Shown in pieces: positions 43,070 through 52,129 of a stretch of DNA of 64,000 nucleotides (the stretch's first letter is position 1; each line of letters starts with the position of its first letter). The position numbers were made by a program, and so were the translations under genes. The DNA comes from Candidatus Methylacidiphilales bacterium (GTDB lineage Bacteria; Pseudomonadota; Gammaproteobacteria; JASGCS01): the NCBI GenBank assembly GCA_030054035.1, contig JASGCS010000001.1, forward strand, positions 270,280-334,279, in the 5' to 3' direction. The notes below the pieces were generated by a model. The model did no database searches. It was not told the DNA's origin and worked only from the letters and a program-made list of their open reading frames with translations.

Positions 43070-44065
43070 TTATATTTTACGCAACTTATTTGTAATAAAT
43101 GTTAGAAGTTTGCCTTCAACATTATAGTGTAAACGAGCTACCCATACATTACTAGGGAATGTAGCTGGATCAAATCTATAATAATCCTTTTCAGAAATAA
43201 CTGTCGCTAGTTTAGACGGGAAATGTTTGCTAATATCAAAAGATTCATGGTCCTTATACATAAAGCATTCCTGGACAATTATTGAGGAGTTATTCAGCGC
43301 TTCAATAAACCGAAAAGGTTTTGCAATAGCAACCAATACACGAACAGGAAGTTTCCAATCAGCTACAGGTATTTCAATTTTTGATTGAGTCTCATAAAAA
43401 GAAATAATTCTCGAATCAGATAAGGCTATTTTATTCATATATGGAAATAAATAGTTAGGGACTTCGGCTTTACTGTCAGCATGAACCACCACCTGATCCG
43501 CTTTACCTAATCGTGAAATTCTCTCTCTAAACGGACCTGAGGGTAATACGTAAAAATTATTAAGATTTGAGCAATCTATAGTGACTATAGAAACGGTACT
43601 TTGGAGTTTTAAATATTGAAACCCATCATCGCTGATAATACAATTACAATTATTCAATCTTAACAATAACTCTATTGATTTAACTCTATTTTTACAAACC
43701 ACAACTGGAATGTTACAGGTTAAGTAAAGCATAAATGCCTCATCGGAAACCAAATTATGGTCACTCGAATTTGTTACTAGAATAGGATTAGAAGGTGAAT
43801 GAGGGTATCCTCTAAGAATAATTGCCGGCCTGTAGCCTTGTTGAATTAAATGCAAGGCAATCAATCGAACTAGTGGTGTTTTGCCATTACCGCCCAATGT
43901 AATATTACCAATGGTAATTACGGGAATTTCAGGAATATAGGTAGGTAGTATTTTTTTTGAGTAAAGTAATTGACGAAGACTAACAATAAAATAATAGATG
44001 CAAGCTACTGGAAGTAGCAAAAAATGAAAAAGTGAAGGTTTACTCCAAATAAAACTTTCACGCAT
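43070..44065 (-). CDS. lpxK: tetraacyldisaccharide 4'-kinase
   Basis: The P-loop GNITLGGNGKTP is present. The start may be the internal Met at 44065, avoiding overlap with msbA, or 44095. Confidence 0.85.
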   Translation of the reverse strand: MRESFIWSKPSLFHFLLLPVACIYYFIVSLRQLLYSKKILPTYIPEIPVITIGNITLGGNGKTPLVRLIALHLIQQGYRPAIILRGYPHSPSNPILVTNSSDHNLVSDEAFMLYLTCNIPVVVCKNRVKSIELLLRLNNCNCIISDDGFQYLKLQSTVSIVTIDCSNLNNFYVLPSGPFRERISRLGKADQVVVHADSKAEVPNYLFPYMNKIALSDSRIISFYETQSKIEIPVADWKLPVRVLVAIAKPFRFIEALNNSSIIVQECFMYKDHESFDISKHFPSKLATVISEKDYYRFDPATFPSNVWVARLHYNVEGKLLTFITNKLRKI

Positions 44066-44073
44066 AAAACAAA

Positions 44074-45816
44074 TTATTTTATCGCAGTCATACACAAATG
44101 ATGGTAGAGAGAACCATTGGCAAGAAGGTCTTCATGAGTACCTACTTCTACAATAGTGCCTTGATCCATTACCACAATCTGGTCTGCCAATTTAGTTGTT
44201 GACAATCGATGGGCGATAACTATAATTGAACTTTGCATTTTTAATGATTGTAACGCTTCTCTAATTTCTCTATCCGACTCATTATCTAAAGCAGAAGTTG
44301 GCTCATCCATTAAAATAATTTTTGACTTTTTCAAAAATGCCCTTGCGATAGACAGTCTTTGCTTTTGTCCTCCTGATAAAAATTGGCCATTTTCTCCGAT
44401 TACTGAATCATACCCATCTGGAAGATTCATAATGAAAGAATGAGCGCAAGCTTTTCTACAAGCTTCTATGACCATATCATTACTGTAGTTACTTAACTCT
44501 CCGTATGAAACATTTTCTATAATAGTAGAGTCATTTAAAACAATATCTTGCCCAACATAAGATATGTGTTTTCTTAAACTTGATAGGGTGAAAGATTGAA
44601 TAGGAGTATCATCAATTAAAATCTCACCGGTTTGTAATTCATAAAATCTAGGAATCAAATTCATAGTAGTTGTTTTTCCACTCCCCGATCTCCCAACCAG
44701 TGCCACGATAGTATTTGGTTCAACTTTAAACGAAACTGAGTTTAAAATCGGAACAGAATTATGGTATGAAAAACAAACCTGTTTAAACTCAATTTTGCCT
44801 TGTATTGAATTAAGTGTTTTTGTACCTGTGTCTATTTCATGTTGGCCCTGCATAAAAGTAAAAATTAATCTACCTTCTTCTAAAATAGTATAGTATGTTG
44901 AGCTGAAATCAGACAGCCGTTTCAAAGGTACTAATGTCATAAAAAGTGCAAATAAAAATGAAACGAAAGCCGCACTAGTAATTTTCTCACTAAAATAATC
45001 AACGGTCGAAAGATAAACAATTCCAATAAATACCACCATTACAGTAAATTGCATAACAGGTGAAAGCACTGATTTTAACAAGATTGCTTTTGCACCATTT
45101 TTAAACATAGCAATACATAATTTTGAAAATTTACTACTTTCATAATTTTGAGCATTATAAATTCTAATTGAGCGATATCCTTTAACAGTCTCAATCAATT
45201 TAGAAACAACTAATGAATCTATTTTCTGAATTTTGAGAGTGTTTTCTTTGAAAAGTTTTCTTGAAGAGACAAATAGTAAGATCATAAAAGGAACAGCAAT
45301 TACTATGGATAAACTTAAAAGTAAACTTTGATATAGCATAACCCCAATTAACCCTAGGATAGTAAAAAAATCTTGGAATACTATCACCACTGACTGAGAG
45401 GCTGCCTGTGACATAGAATTAGTTCTTGTTATTACCATTGAAATAATTTCAGATTGCCTATAAGAATCATAATTTTTTGAAGGCATTGTCATCAAATAAT
45501 TAAACAAATCTACTCTTATATTCGAGACAATTTTTTGACCGATCCATGTCAGGTGATAGGTTGAAAGAATCATTGACACAGTCCTTCCAACAAAAAAAAA
45601 GAGCAAGATTAATGGTGCTAAAAAATTTGATTTCGATTTAAGTTCAATAGTAGTAATGACATCCTCCATCATTTTTGCAAATCCTGCATTGGTGATTGCC
45701 ACAAGAATTAGTGAAATAATCGCAATAATATATTTCAAGCGATGCTCTCGCGTGTAAGAAAATAATTTCAAAAGCACTTCTTTATTAGTTAAATCAGGTG
45801 TTGCTTTGTTGTCCAT
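44074..45816 (-). CDS. msbA: lipid A export ABC transporter MsbA
   Basis: Six N-terminal TM helices plus an ABC ATPase with GRSGSGKTT, LSGGQKQR and ILMDEPTSALD motifs. It lies upstream of lpxK-kdsB. Confidence 0.9.
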   Translation of the reverse strand: MDNKATPDLTNKEVLLKLFSYTREHRLKYIIAIISLILVAITNAGFAKMMEDVITTIELKSKSNFLAPLILLFFFVGRTVSMILSTYHLTWIGQKIVSNIRVDLFNYLMTMPSKNYDSYRQSEIISMVITRTNSMSQAASQSVVIVFQDFFTILGLIGVMLYQSLLLSLSIVIAVPFMILLFVSSRKLFKENTLKIQKIDSLVVSKLIETVKGYRSIRIYNAQNYESSKFSKLCIAMFKNGAKAILLKSVLSPVMQFTVMVVFIGIVYLSTVDYFSEKITSAAFVSFLFALFMTLVPLKRLSDFSSTYYTILEEGRLIFTFMQGQHEIDTGTKTLNSIQGKIEFKQVCFSYHNSVPILNSVSFKVEPNTIVALVGRSGSGKTTTMNLIPRFYELQTGEILIDDTPIQSFTLSSLRKHISYVGQDIVLNDSTIIENVSYGELSNYSNDMVIEACRKACAHSFIMNLPDGYDSVIGENGQFLSGGQKQRLSIARAFLKKSKIILMDEPTSALDNESDREIREALQSLKMQSSIIVIAHRLSTTKLADQIVVMDQGTIVEVGTHEDLLANGSLYHHLCMTAIK

Positions 45817-45825
45817 ATAGCAGTC

Positions 45826-46239
45826 TTAAGGTTGGATGGTTACAATTCCTATTGCGCCAACTTTTAAAGTATTGGATGCTGCGATAGTTTGAACTACAGA
45901 CTGATGAGGGGCCCTGGCGTCAGCTTGAATCATAATTTGATAGCTACCAGAATCGCTTATCATTTCTTGGCGCATTGCTTTAACCAGCGCCTCAGTTGCT
46001 TGTGGTTGTACGATACGGCCATCTAAATAAATTTTTCCTTTAGTATCAATTTGAATATATATTTTTTTTAGATCACTTCTCAGTGGAGAAGAAATGGCTT
46101 TAGGTAACTGAATAGATAGGCCAGCCTGCTTCTCAAAAGTAGTCGTGAGAACAAAAAAAACTAATAACATAAAAACCACATCAACAAGTGATGTTAGATC
46201 AATACGAGGTGTCTGAGGTTTTTTATTAGTGAATTTCAT
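45826..46239 (-). CDS. exbD: biopolymer transport protein ExbD/TolR
   Basis: The N-terminus IDLTSLVDVVFMLLVFF matches the ExbD TM-helix motif. 137 aa. Confidence 0.85.
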   Translation of the reverse strand: MKFTNKKPQTPRIDLTSLVDVVFMLLVFFVLTTTFEKQAGLSIQLPKAISSPLRSDLKKIYIQIDTKGKIYLDGRIVQPQATEALVKAMRQEMISDSGSYQIMIQADARAPHQSVVQTIAASNTLKVGAIGIVTIQP

Positions 46240-46248
46240 TTTGAGCTA

Positions 46249-46845
46249 TCAACTCAACACATCTAATAATCTAGTTGCTTCTCGTTCCATAGCTAAGACT
46301 ATTTCAGATATTTTATTTAGAAATATTTTGTGAAAAACGAGAGCAGGAATAGCCACCAGTAAACCACCTACTGTTGTGATAAGTGCTGTTGCGATTCCCC
46401 CCGCAAGCTCCTTTGAACTTGCACTTGTTGATAATGTAACAGTTTGAAATATTTCAATCATTCCAATCACGGTGCCAAGTAACCCTAAGAAAGGCGCTAT
46501 GGAGACTATTATTTCAAGAATATATAAAAACTGTTCAAGTTCTGAGGTTACCTGTCTTCCAACATCTTCAAGTCGTTGCTGGATAACAAAACGAGGCTGA
46601 TTACGATATTCTAATCCTGTAGCCAGTACTTTTCCTAAAAGCGATGAGTTTTTTAGTGTTTCAATTTTATCCTTAGTAATGTCATTGTCCTCAACCCATG
46701 TCCAAACTTTTTCGATAACCGACCGAGGGAATATCCGGTTTTTTCTTAAAAAGACAAAACGCTCTATCACTATTGCACTTGCAATAACAGAGCAAAGAAC
46801 AATGGGCACCATAACCCAACCACCAGATTGAATAATCTCAAGCAT
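46249..46845 (-). CDS. exbB: MotA/TolQ/ExbB proton-channel protein
   Basis: A 3-TM protein paired with exbD. The exbB-exbD-msbA-lpxK-kdsB arrangement is known from Pseudomonas and Xanthomonas. Confidence 0.8.
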   Translation of the reverse strand: MLEIIQSGGWVMVPIVLCSVIASAIVIERFVFLRKNRIFPRSVIEKVWTWVEDNDITKDKIETLKNSSLLGKVLATGLEYRNQPRFVIQQRLEDVGRQVTSELEQFLYILEIIVSIAPFLGLLGTVIGMIEIFQTVTLSTSASSKELAGGIATALITTVGGLLVAIPALVFHKIFLNKISEIVLAMEREATRLLDVLS

Positions 46846-46877
46846 ATTTCCTACTATTATAATACGAAGTTTAAAAA

Positions 46878-49253
46878 CTAATAACGCATTGGATATTTAC
46901 TAATCATACCTCCATATTGAAAATGGTCAGATTGCCATCTTGTAAACATTTCAAATCTCAAGCAATTTCCAGAGAAATTTAAGTCATGAACTGAAATTCT
47001 AATCATTCCACACCAAGCGCTATTCATAAAAGGAATTTTTAAATGTGCTAAAGTTCTCATGGTATCATTGTGAGGAAATCTATATCTATTTTTAATACCA
47101 GATGATATTAGAGCTAATGAAGGTTTAAGGTTTTTTAATAAGCTAGCGTGGCTTGAGCTTTTGCTTCCATGATGACCTAGTAAAACAATTGTAGATTTCA
47201 AATCGGGATAATATTTCATTAGCGCAATCTCACCTTTAATTTCTAAATCACCTAAAGCTAAAAAAGATAAGTTGGTGCCCTTAACCAATAGGACACATGA
47301 ATGATTATTAGTGGCACGATCTTCTATTAATGGAAGAGGTTGAAAAATTGTAAAAGTAACTTTATCCCATTGCCAGCTATTAATTTCACTACAAGTAGTG
47401 GATAAATTCTCATCAGTGATATTATGTAAATATGTATGTTTTGTGTATGGATCTGCTACCACGATTTTACTAATTAACGCATGTTTGGTTAAATACCCCA
47501 AACCAAAGGCATGATCAGAATCTCCATGTGAGGCTATAACCATAGAATATTGTTTGATTCGTCTAGAACGACTATAGGGATGAACTACCAACTCTGCATA
47601 ACTTTTTTTAAAATATGAATCTCCAACATCGTACAGTATTTGGTGATTAGCGGTTTCAATTAATATTGATTGACCTTGCCCAACATCAAATATCGTAATA
47701 GTGAAATATCCAGGTAGTATTCTAGAGTTAGAATACGCATACCATAAAATTAAAGCAACGCATATTCTAATAGACATCCAAATAGTTATTGGAGAAACTA
47801 GAATATTTCCAATTAGAACTAACATTATCAAAACATGAGGTATTGAGACATTGGGTATTGCTAATAGAGTAAAATTGTTGATGGGTATTTGTTTAAGTAG
47901 ATATTGAAATAATTCAGATGTATAAGTAAATAATTCAATAATTATTAATGCGTTAGTGTCAGTAATTAAATAGTAAATAAAATTAACAAATGCTAAAGGC
48001 ATTAGGATAAATTCGACAAATGGTATCGCAAATAAATTACTAAATGAACTTAAAGTCGCATATTGATTAAAAAATAAAAGTGCGATAGGAAATAACAACA
48101 CTAACAATATAACTTGCATTCCTAATAATTTAAAAATAAGTGAGTATGATTTAAAATGTTTACCAATCAACACAATAATCATAAACGCAACAATACTAAA
48201 CCAAGTACCGACTAATAAAAAGCTCGTCGGGGAATAGATAAGCAAACAGATAGAGCATAGTAGCAATAAAAATGATAATGTAGTATTTCTTGATAGCATT
48301 AATGAAGCGGTGATAAAACCAAAAAATAAAAGCGCTCTGGCTGTTGGTATCGACAATCCGGATATGAGAGAATATAAAATTACAATTATCGCAGAAAAGC
48401 CAATGGCAATAAATGTGACAATATTACTTTGTCTAAAAATAAAAAACATAGATAGTAAAAGAGAAATTAATGAATATGACATAATTCCGAGAGCGCTTAT
48501 GTGAGAACCAGAAATTGAAATTAGATGAATAGTTCCGGTTTGATTAAACAAATCCCATTGCTCATCGGTAAGCAACCTTGTGTCACCAGTAGTAAGTGCG
48601 AGTAGCAAACTATCAACTGGTTTATTGAGTGATTTAATTGAGTCGTAATATGACTGCCTAATTGATGTTATTTTTGATTTGATAGAAACGCATGGTTTCT
48701 TTTCTTTAAGTATCAGAACAATTCCTTTTCCAATTTTTTGTTGAGCAAAAGCAATTCTTTCTAAATCAATGTAACCGACATTTTTTACTTCACGAGGAAA
48801 TGATATTTTAGTCACTACAGAAATACAATCACCAATGGTAATTTTATCTTCGCTTGCGGAGCGAAGTGTTACATAGAGTGAAGGGTAATACCCTACTTTT
48901 TTACTTTCAATATTAGTAATTTTCAATGTGAATGAATGAGTATATGAATCGTAGCCAGTATTTGTGTCTACTGTAATCAAACCTGTTACAATTCCAGATA
49001 GATTAATTATAGTATCTTCTGGAATATAGCTTTTTATTTTTTCATAAGTAACCACATAGTGAAATGATAAAACGAATCCAATTATAAAATAAAACCATAC
49101 ACTTTTAATAACTACACAAACTATCGCGATAATAACAATCAAAATAAGAACAAAAATGAAGTTATATTGCAATGGTATAAAATACGGAAGCAATGATCCT
49201 GCGATCAGCATAAAAAGTGCGCCAGAATAAAATCTAGATGAAGACATCTTCAC
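46878..49253 (-). CDS. comEC: DNA internalization-related competence protein ComEC/Rec2
   Basis: A 791-aa polytopic membrane protein with a C-terminal metallo-beta-lactamase domain (HGDSDH). An E. coli ycaI-like gene sits in the equivalent position upstream of msbA. Confidence 0.85.
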   Translation of the reverse strand: MKMSSSRFYSGALFMLIAGSLLPYFIPLQYNFIFVLILIVIIAIVCVVIKSVWFYFIIGFVLSFHYVVTYEKIKSYIPEDTIINLSGIVTGLITVDTNTGYDSYTHSFTLKITNIESKKVGYYPSLYVTLRSASEDKITIGDCISVVTKISFPREVKNVGYIDLERIAFAQQKIGKGIVLILKEKKPCVSIKSKITSIRQSYYDSIKSLNKPVDSLLLALTTGDTRLLTDEQWDLFNQTGTIHLISISGSHISALGIMSYSLISLLLSMFFIFRQSNIVTFIAIGFSAIIVILYSLISGLSIPTARALLFFGFITASLMLSRNTTLSFLLLLCSICLLIYSPTSFLLVGTWFSIVAFMIIVLIGKHFKSYSLIFKLLGMQVILLVLLFPIALLFFNQYATLSSFSNLFAIPFVEFILMPLAFVNFIYYLITDTNALIIIELFTYTSELFQYLLKQIPINNFTLLAIPNVSIPHVLIMLVLIGNILVSPITIWMSIRICVALILWYAYSNSRILPGYFTITIFDVGQGQSILIETANHQILYDVGDSYFKKSYAELVVHPYSRSRRIKQYSMVIASHGDSDHAFGLGYLTKHALISKIVVADPYTKHTYLHNITDENLSTTCSEINSWQWDKVTFTIFQPLPLIEDRATNNHSCVLLVKGTNLSFLALGDLEIKGEIALMKYYPDLKSTIVLLGHHGSKSSSHASLLKNLKPSLALISSGIKNRYRFPHNDTMRTLAHLKIPFMNSAWCGMIRISVHDLNFSGNCLRFEMFTRWQSDHFQYGGMISKYPMRY

Positions 49254-49293
49254 GATTTTAATAAGCGTAAAATCAGAAATTAAATTTTAAGTA

Positions 49294-49965
49294 CTATTCT
49301 TCTTGTAAGTTACCAAAGGTAAGATTTAATCTTCTAGTTACTTTAGAAGATATTTGTTGGTCATGAGTAGCAATTAACAAGGCTTTATTGCTTTGATTAC
49401 AGAGATTTAAAAGTAGATTAATGATATGCTCTTTAGTATGCGGATCTAAATTTCCAGTTGGCTCATCTGCAATAACCACACTTGGATTGGTAATAAGCGC
49501 TCGAGCAATCGCAACTCTTTGTCTCTCACCGCCTGATAGTTGATATGGGTAAAGTGTGTTTTTATTTTGTAGTGAAACTTGATTTAAAAGTTCTCGGACA
49601 AGATTAGTAATCGTAGTACTGGATACCTGGGTTAGATAAAGTGGCAATGCAATATTTTGCTCTACGGTAAGCTCCCGCACTAAGTGGTGTCTTTGAAAAA
49701 CAAAGCCAATATGTTTTAATCTAAATAAAGACCACTGTTGCTCGCTATAATTTGAGATATCAATAGAACAATGTTTAATCATCCCGCTATCAGATTTTAA
49801 TAATCCTGCAATAATATGAAGAAAAGTAGATTTTCCAGAACCTGATGCTCCATATAATGCTATTGATTGACCTGGGTAAATTGAACATGAAACTTTATTT
49901 AGAATTGGATTACCTTCTGAATAAGATTTTAAAACTTCGATTATTTCTAAAACCGGACTAATCAT
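49294..49965 (-). CDS. lolD: lipoprotein-releasing system ATP-binding protein LolD
   Basis: An ABC ATPase with GASGSGKST, LSGGERQRVAIARAL and ADEPTGNLD motifs. It is adjacent to and overlaps the lolC/E permease. Confidence 0.9.
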   Translation of the reverse strand: MISPVLEIIEVLKSYSEGNPILNKVSCSIYPGQSIALYGASGSGKSTFLHIIAGLLKSDSGMIKHCSIDISNYSEQQWSLFRLKHIGFVFQRHHLVRELTVEQNIALPLYLTQVSSTTITNLVRELLNQVSLQNKNTLYPYQLSGGERQRVAIARALITNPSVVIADEPTGNLDPHTKEHIINLLLNLCNQSNKALLIATHDQQISSKVTRRLNLTFGNLQEE

Positions 49966-51220
49966 GGCGTAATATGTCAGATGGTTTTATCATACTCGCT
50001 CGATACGAAGGGTGAATTATGAAGAATAATGAAAGTAAAATTGTAGATAAGGAAATTATTAAAACATCTTTTAACAAAACTTGACTAGGGACTTGTGTAA
50101 TAATAAAAGTGTCTGTATTTAATATTTTAATATTAAATAGTTGCTCAAAACCAAAAACAATTGCTGGAACATTATAAGCGATAGATAGTCCTATAACATT
50201 TCCAAACAATATACCCATTCCAACTAAAAGGCATCCATAATAGAGAAATATTTTTAAAATGGTATTTGGCGTAGCGCCGATTGTTCTTAAAATCGCAATC
50301 GTAGAACGCTTTTCTCTTACCAGCTGAGATAACGCGATAGATAAATTGAATGTAGCGAGCAACACAATGATGAATAAAATTAAAAACATAACTTTCCGTT
50401 CTAATGCTATGGCCTGGAATATATTACTATTTTTTACCGTCCAGTCCATAATTATTAATGGCTCAGTTATACTTTGCTGAATTAATTTTGCAACTTCAGG
50501 AGCGCGCTCTGGATCTTTAAGCCAAACCATTAAACCATCTATCTGGTTGTTATGGGAAAATAATATCAAGGCATCTTTTAATCTCATAAAAACCATTGAG
50601 CTATCAATTGAATGAATGCCGGAATTGTAAGTTGACGCAAGTGTTACTTTTTTAAAAGTAGGAACAAATCCTATAGCTGTTTGATGGGTATTTGTGGAAA
50701 GTAATAAAACTTGTTGGTTGAGATTAAGTCCGATTAATTTGCGCAAATATTCGCCGCTAATAATTTGCCATGGCATTGCGCTTGGATGAAGCGCATCAAG
50801 CACTTGCTTACTTGATTTATCCTGAAGTTGAAAGCCATATTTGAATGCGTCTTCCTCTATTCCATAAACAAGTACTCCTTGTAAATATTGATCGTACTTT
50901 ATCATCGCTTCTCCACGAACATATGGAGTGGTTAATGAAACCTCTGGCAAGTTAGAAATTAATTTAATCACAGAATCCCATGGTATAAAAAGGGGATCAT
51001 TTTTTAGGGCTTGAATTTCAATATGGGGAGTAAATTGTAGTAAAGATTTTTTTAACTCCTTTGAAAAACCATTCATAATTGATACCGCCACCAACATAGC
51101 ACTAATTCCCAAAGTAATGCCAATAACTGATAATAAAGATAATAGGGAAATAATTCTACTTTCAGATTTACCTCGAATATATGAAACGGCAATAATAAAA
51201 GGTGTGGAATATCTAGACAT
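49958..51220 (-). CDS. lolC: lipoprotein-releasing system permease LolC/LolE
   Basis: It has FtsX/MacB-like permease topology. 420 aa. Confidence 0.85.
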   Translation of the reverse strand: MSRYSTPFIIAVSYIRGKSESRIISLLSLLSVIGITLGISAMLVAVSIMNGFSKELKKSLLQFTPHIEIQALKNDPLFIPWDSVIKLISNLPEVSLTTPYVRGEAMIKYDQYLQGVLVYGIEEDAFKYGFQLQDKSSKQVLDALHPSAMPWQIISGEYLRKLIGLNLNQQVLLLSTNTHQTAIGFVPTFKKVTLASTYNSGIHSIDSSMVFMRLKDALILFSHNNQIDGLMVWLKDPERAPEVAKLIQQSITEPLIIMDWTVKNSNIFQAIALERKVMFLILFIIVLLATFNLSIALSQLVREKRSTIAILRTIGATPNTILKIFLYYGCLLVGMGILFGNVIGLSIAYNVPAIVFGFEQLFNIKILNTDTFIITQVPSQVLLKDVLIISLSTILLSLFFIIHPSYRASMIKPSDILRHD

Positions 51221-51245
51221 GTCAGTAGAGTATAATAATTAAAAA

Positions 51246-51947
51246 ATGAATAATTCTTTACCAATATTCTACTCTCTAGAAAGAGTTTTGCTTTACGTAT
51301 GTACGATTAGCACAATAACGATTATGATCACTAGTTTCGCTGAAGAGGTGGTAGGAATAACCCCTACCTTAACCAATGTGGAAACCACTATAAACGGAAC
51401 CGCATATAGAATCTATAGAAATCAAGATAATACTAACTTACTTGATGGGATTTATAGAAAAACCTCTAGGCCATGTCCGCCCTACTGCATTCAACCAATA
51501 AAAGCAAATACTAAAGTTGAAACAATTGGGGAGCTAGAGTTGATAGAAAATTATAATAAAAACTTGATAGGTAACAAAACATTGCTTCTTGACGTAAGAG
51601 AACCAGAATGGTATTTACTTGGAAGCTTGCCTGGATCAGCACAAATTCCGTTATCAATAATTTCAATTGCCTTTGAGCAAAACAATCTTCAGCTTATGGA
51701 TAAATACGCCACAAACCAAGCTACGATAGATGTGATAAAATCGTTCAAACTACTAACCAATACCTTTAATCCATTTTTAGAATACCCTACTATTATAATT
51801 TTTAGTAATGGAAATTGGGATTCGGATAGCTATTCAACAATTCAATTATTAATTAATAAAAAATATCCAGCAGAAAAAATTCATTGGTACAGAGGCGGTG
51901 TGCAAGATTGGTTAGGTTTAGGATTTAAGCTTACTCAAGCACGATAA
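51246..51947 (+). CDS. exported rhodanese-like domain protein (catalytic Cys apparently replaced)
   Basis: An N-terminal hydrophobic signal precedes a C-terminal rhodanese-homology domain (LLLDVREPEWY…GSLPGSAQIPLS…IIIFSNGNW…GGVQDW). The position aligned to the catalytic Cys reads F/S. Confidence 0.55.
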   Translation: MNNSLPIFYSLERVLLYVCTISTITIMITSFAEEVVGITPTLTNVETTINGTAYRIYRNQDNTNLLDGIYRKTSRPCPPYCIQPIKANTKVETIGELELIENYNKNLIGNKTLLLDVREPEWYLLGSLPGSAQIPLSIISIAFEQNNLQLMDKYATNQATIDVIKSFKLLTNTFNPFLEYPTIIIFSNGNWDSDSYSTIQLLINKKYPAEKIHWYRGGVQDWLGLGFKLTQAR

Positions 51948-52007
51948 ATTATATTCTTAAAAGTTACTCAAATTTCACACATCTCCTTTGGAGAGTTGCA
52001 AATAATC

Positions 52008-52129
52008 TTTTTTTTATATTGAACAGTCATGTATTGTTTTGGTGGAAACCGTTCCAATACTGCAGCAATTGTTGTAACAATAACTTGAGTTTGTTTTAAT
52101 TCAATTAATGTATTTGCTGTGTTGATTAA
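52008..52129. repeat. left arm of perfect ~120-bp inverted repeat (reverse-complement copy of mfd codons)
   Basis: 52021-52129 is the exact reverse complement of 52183-52291. The match extends a few bp further on each side, to 52008 on the left and 52304 on the right. Confidence 0.9.
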
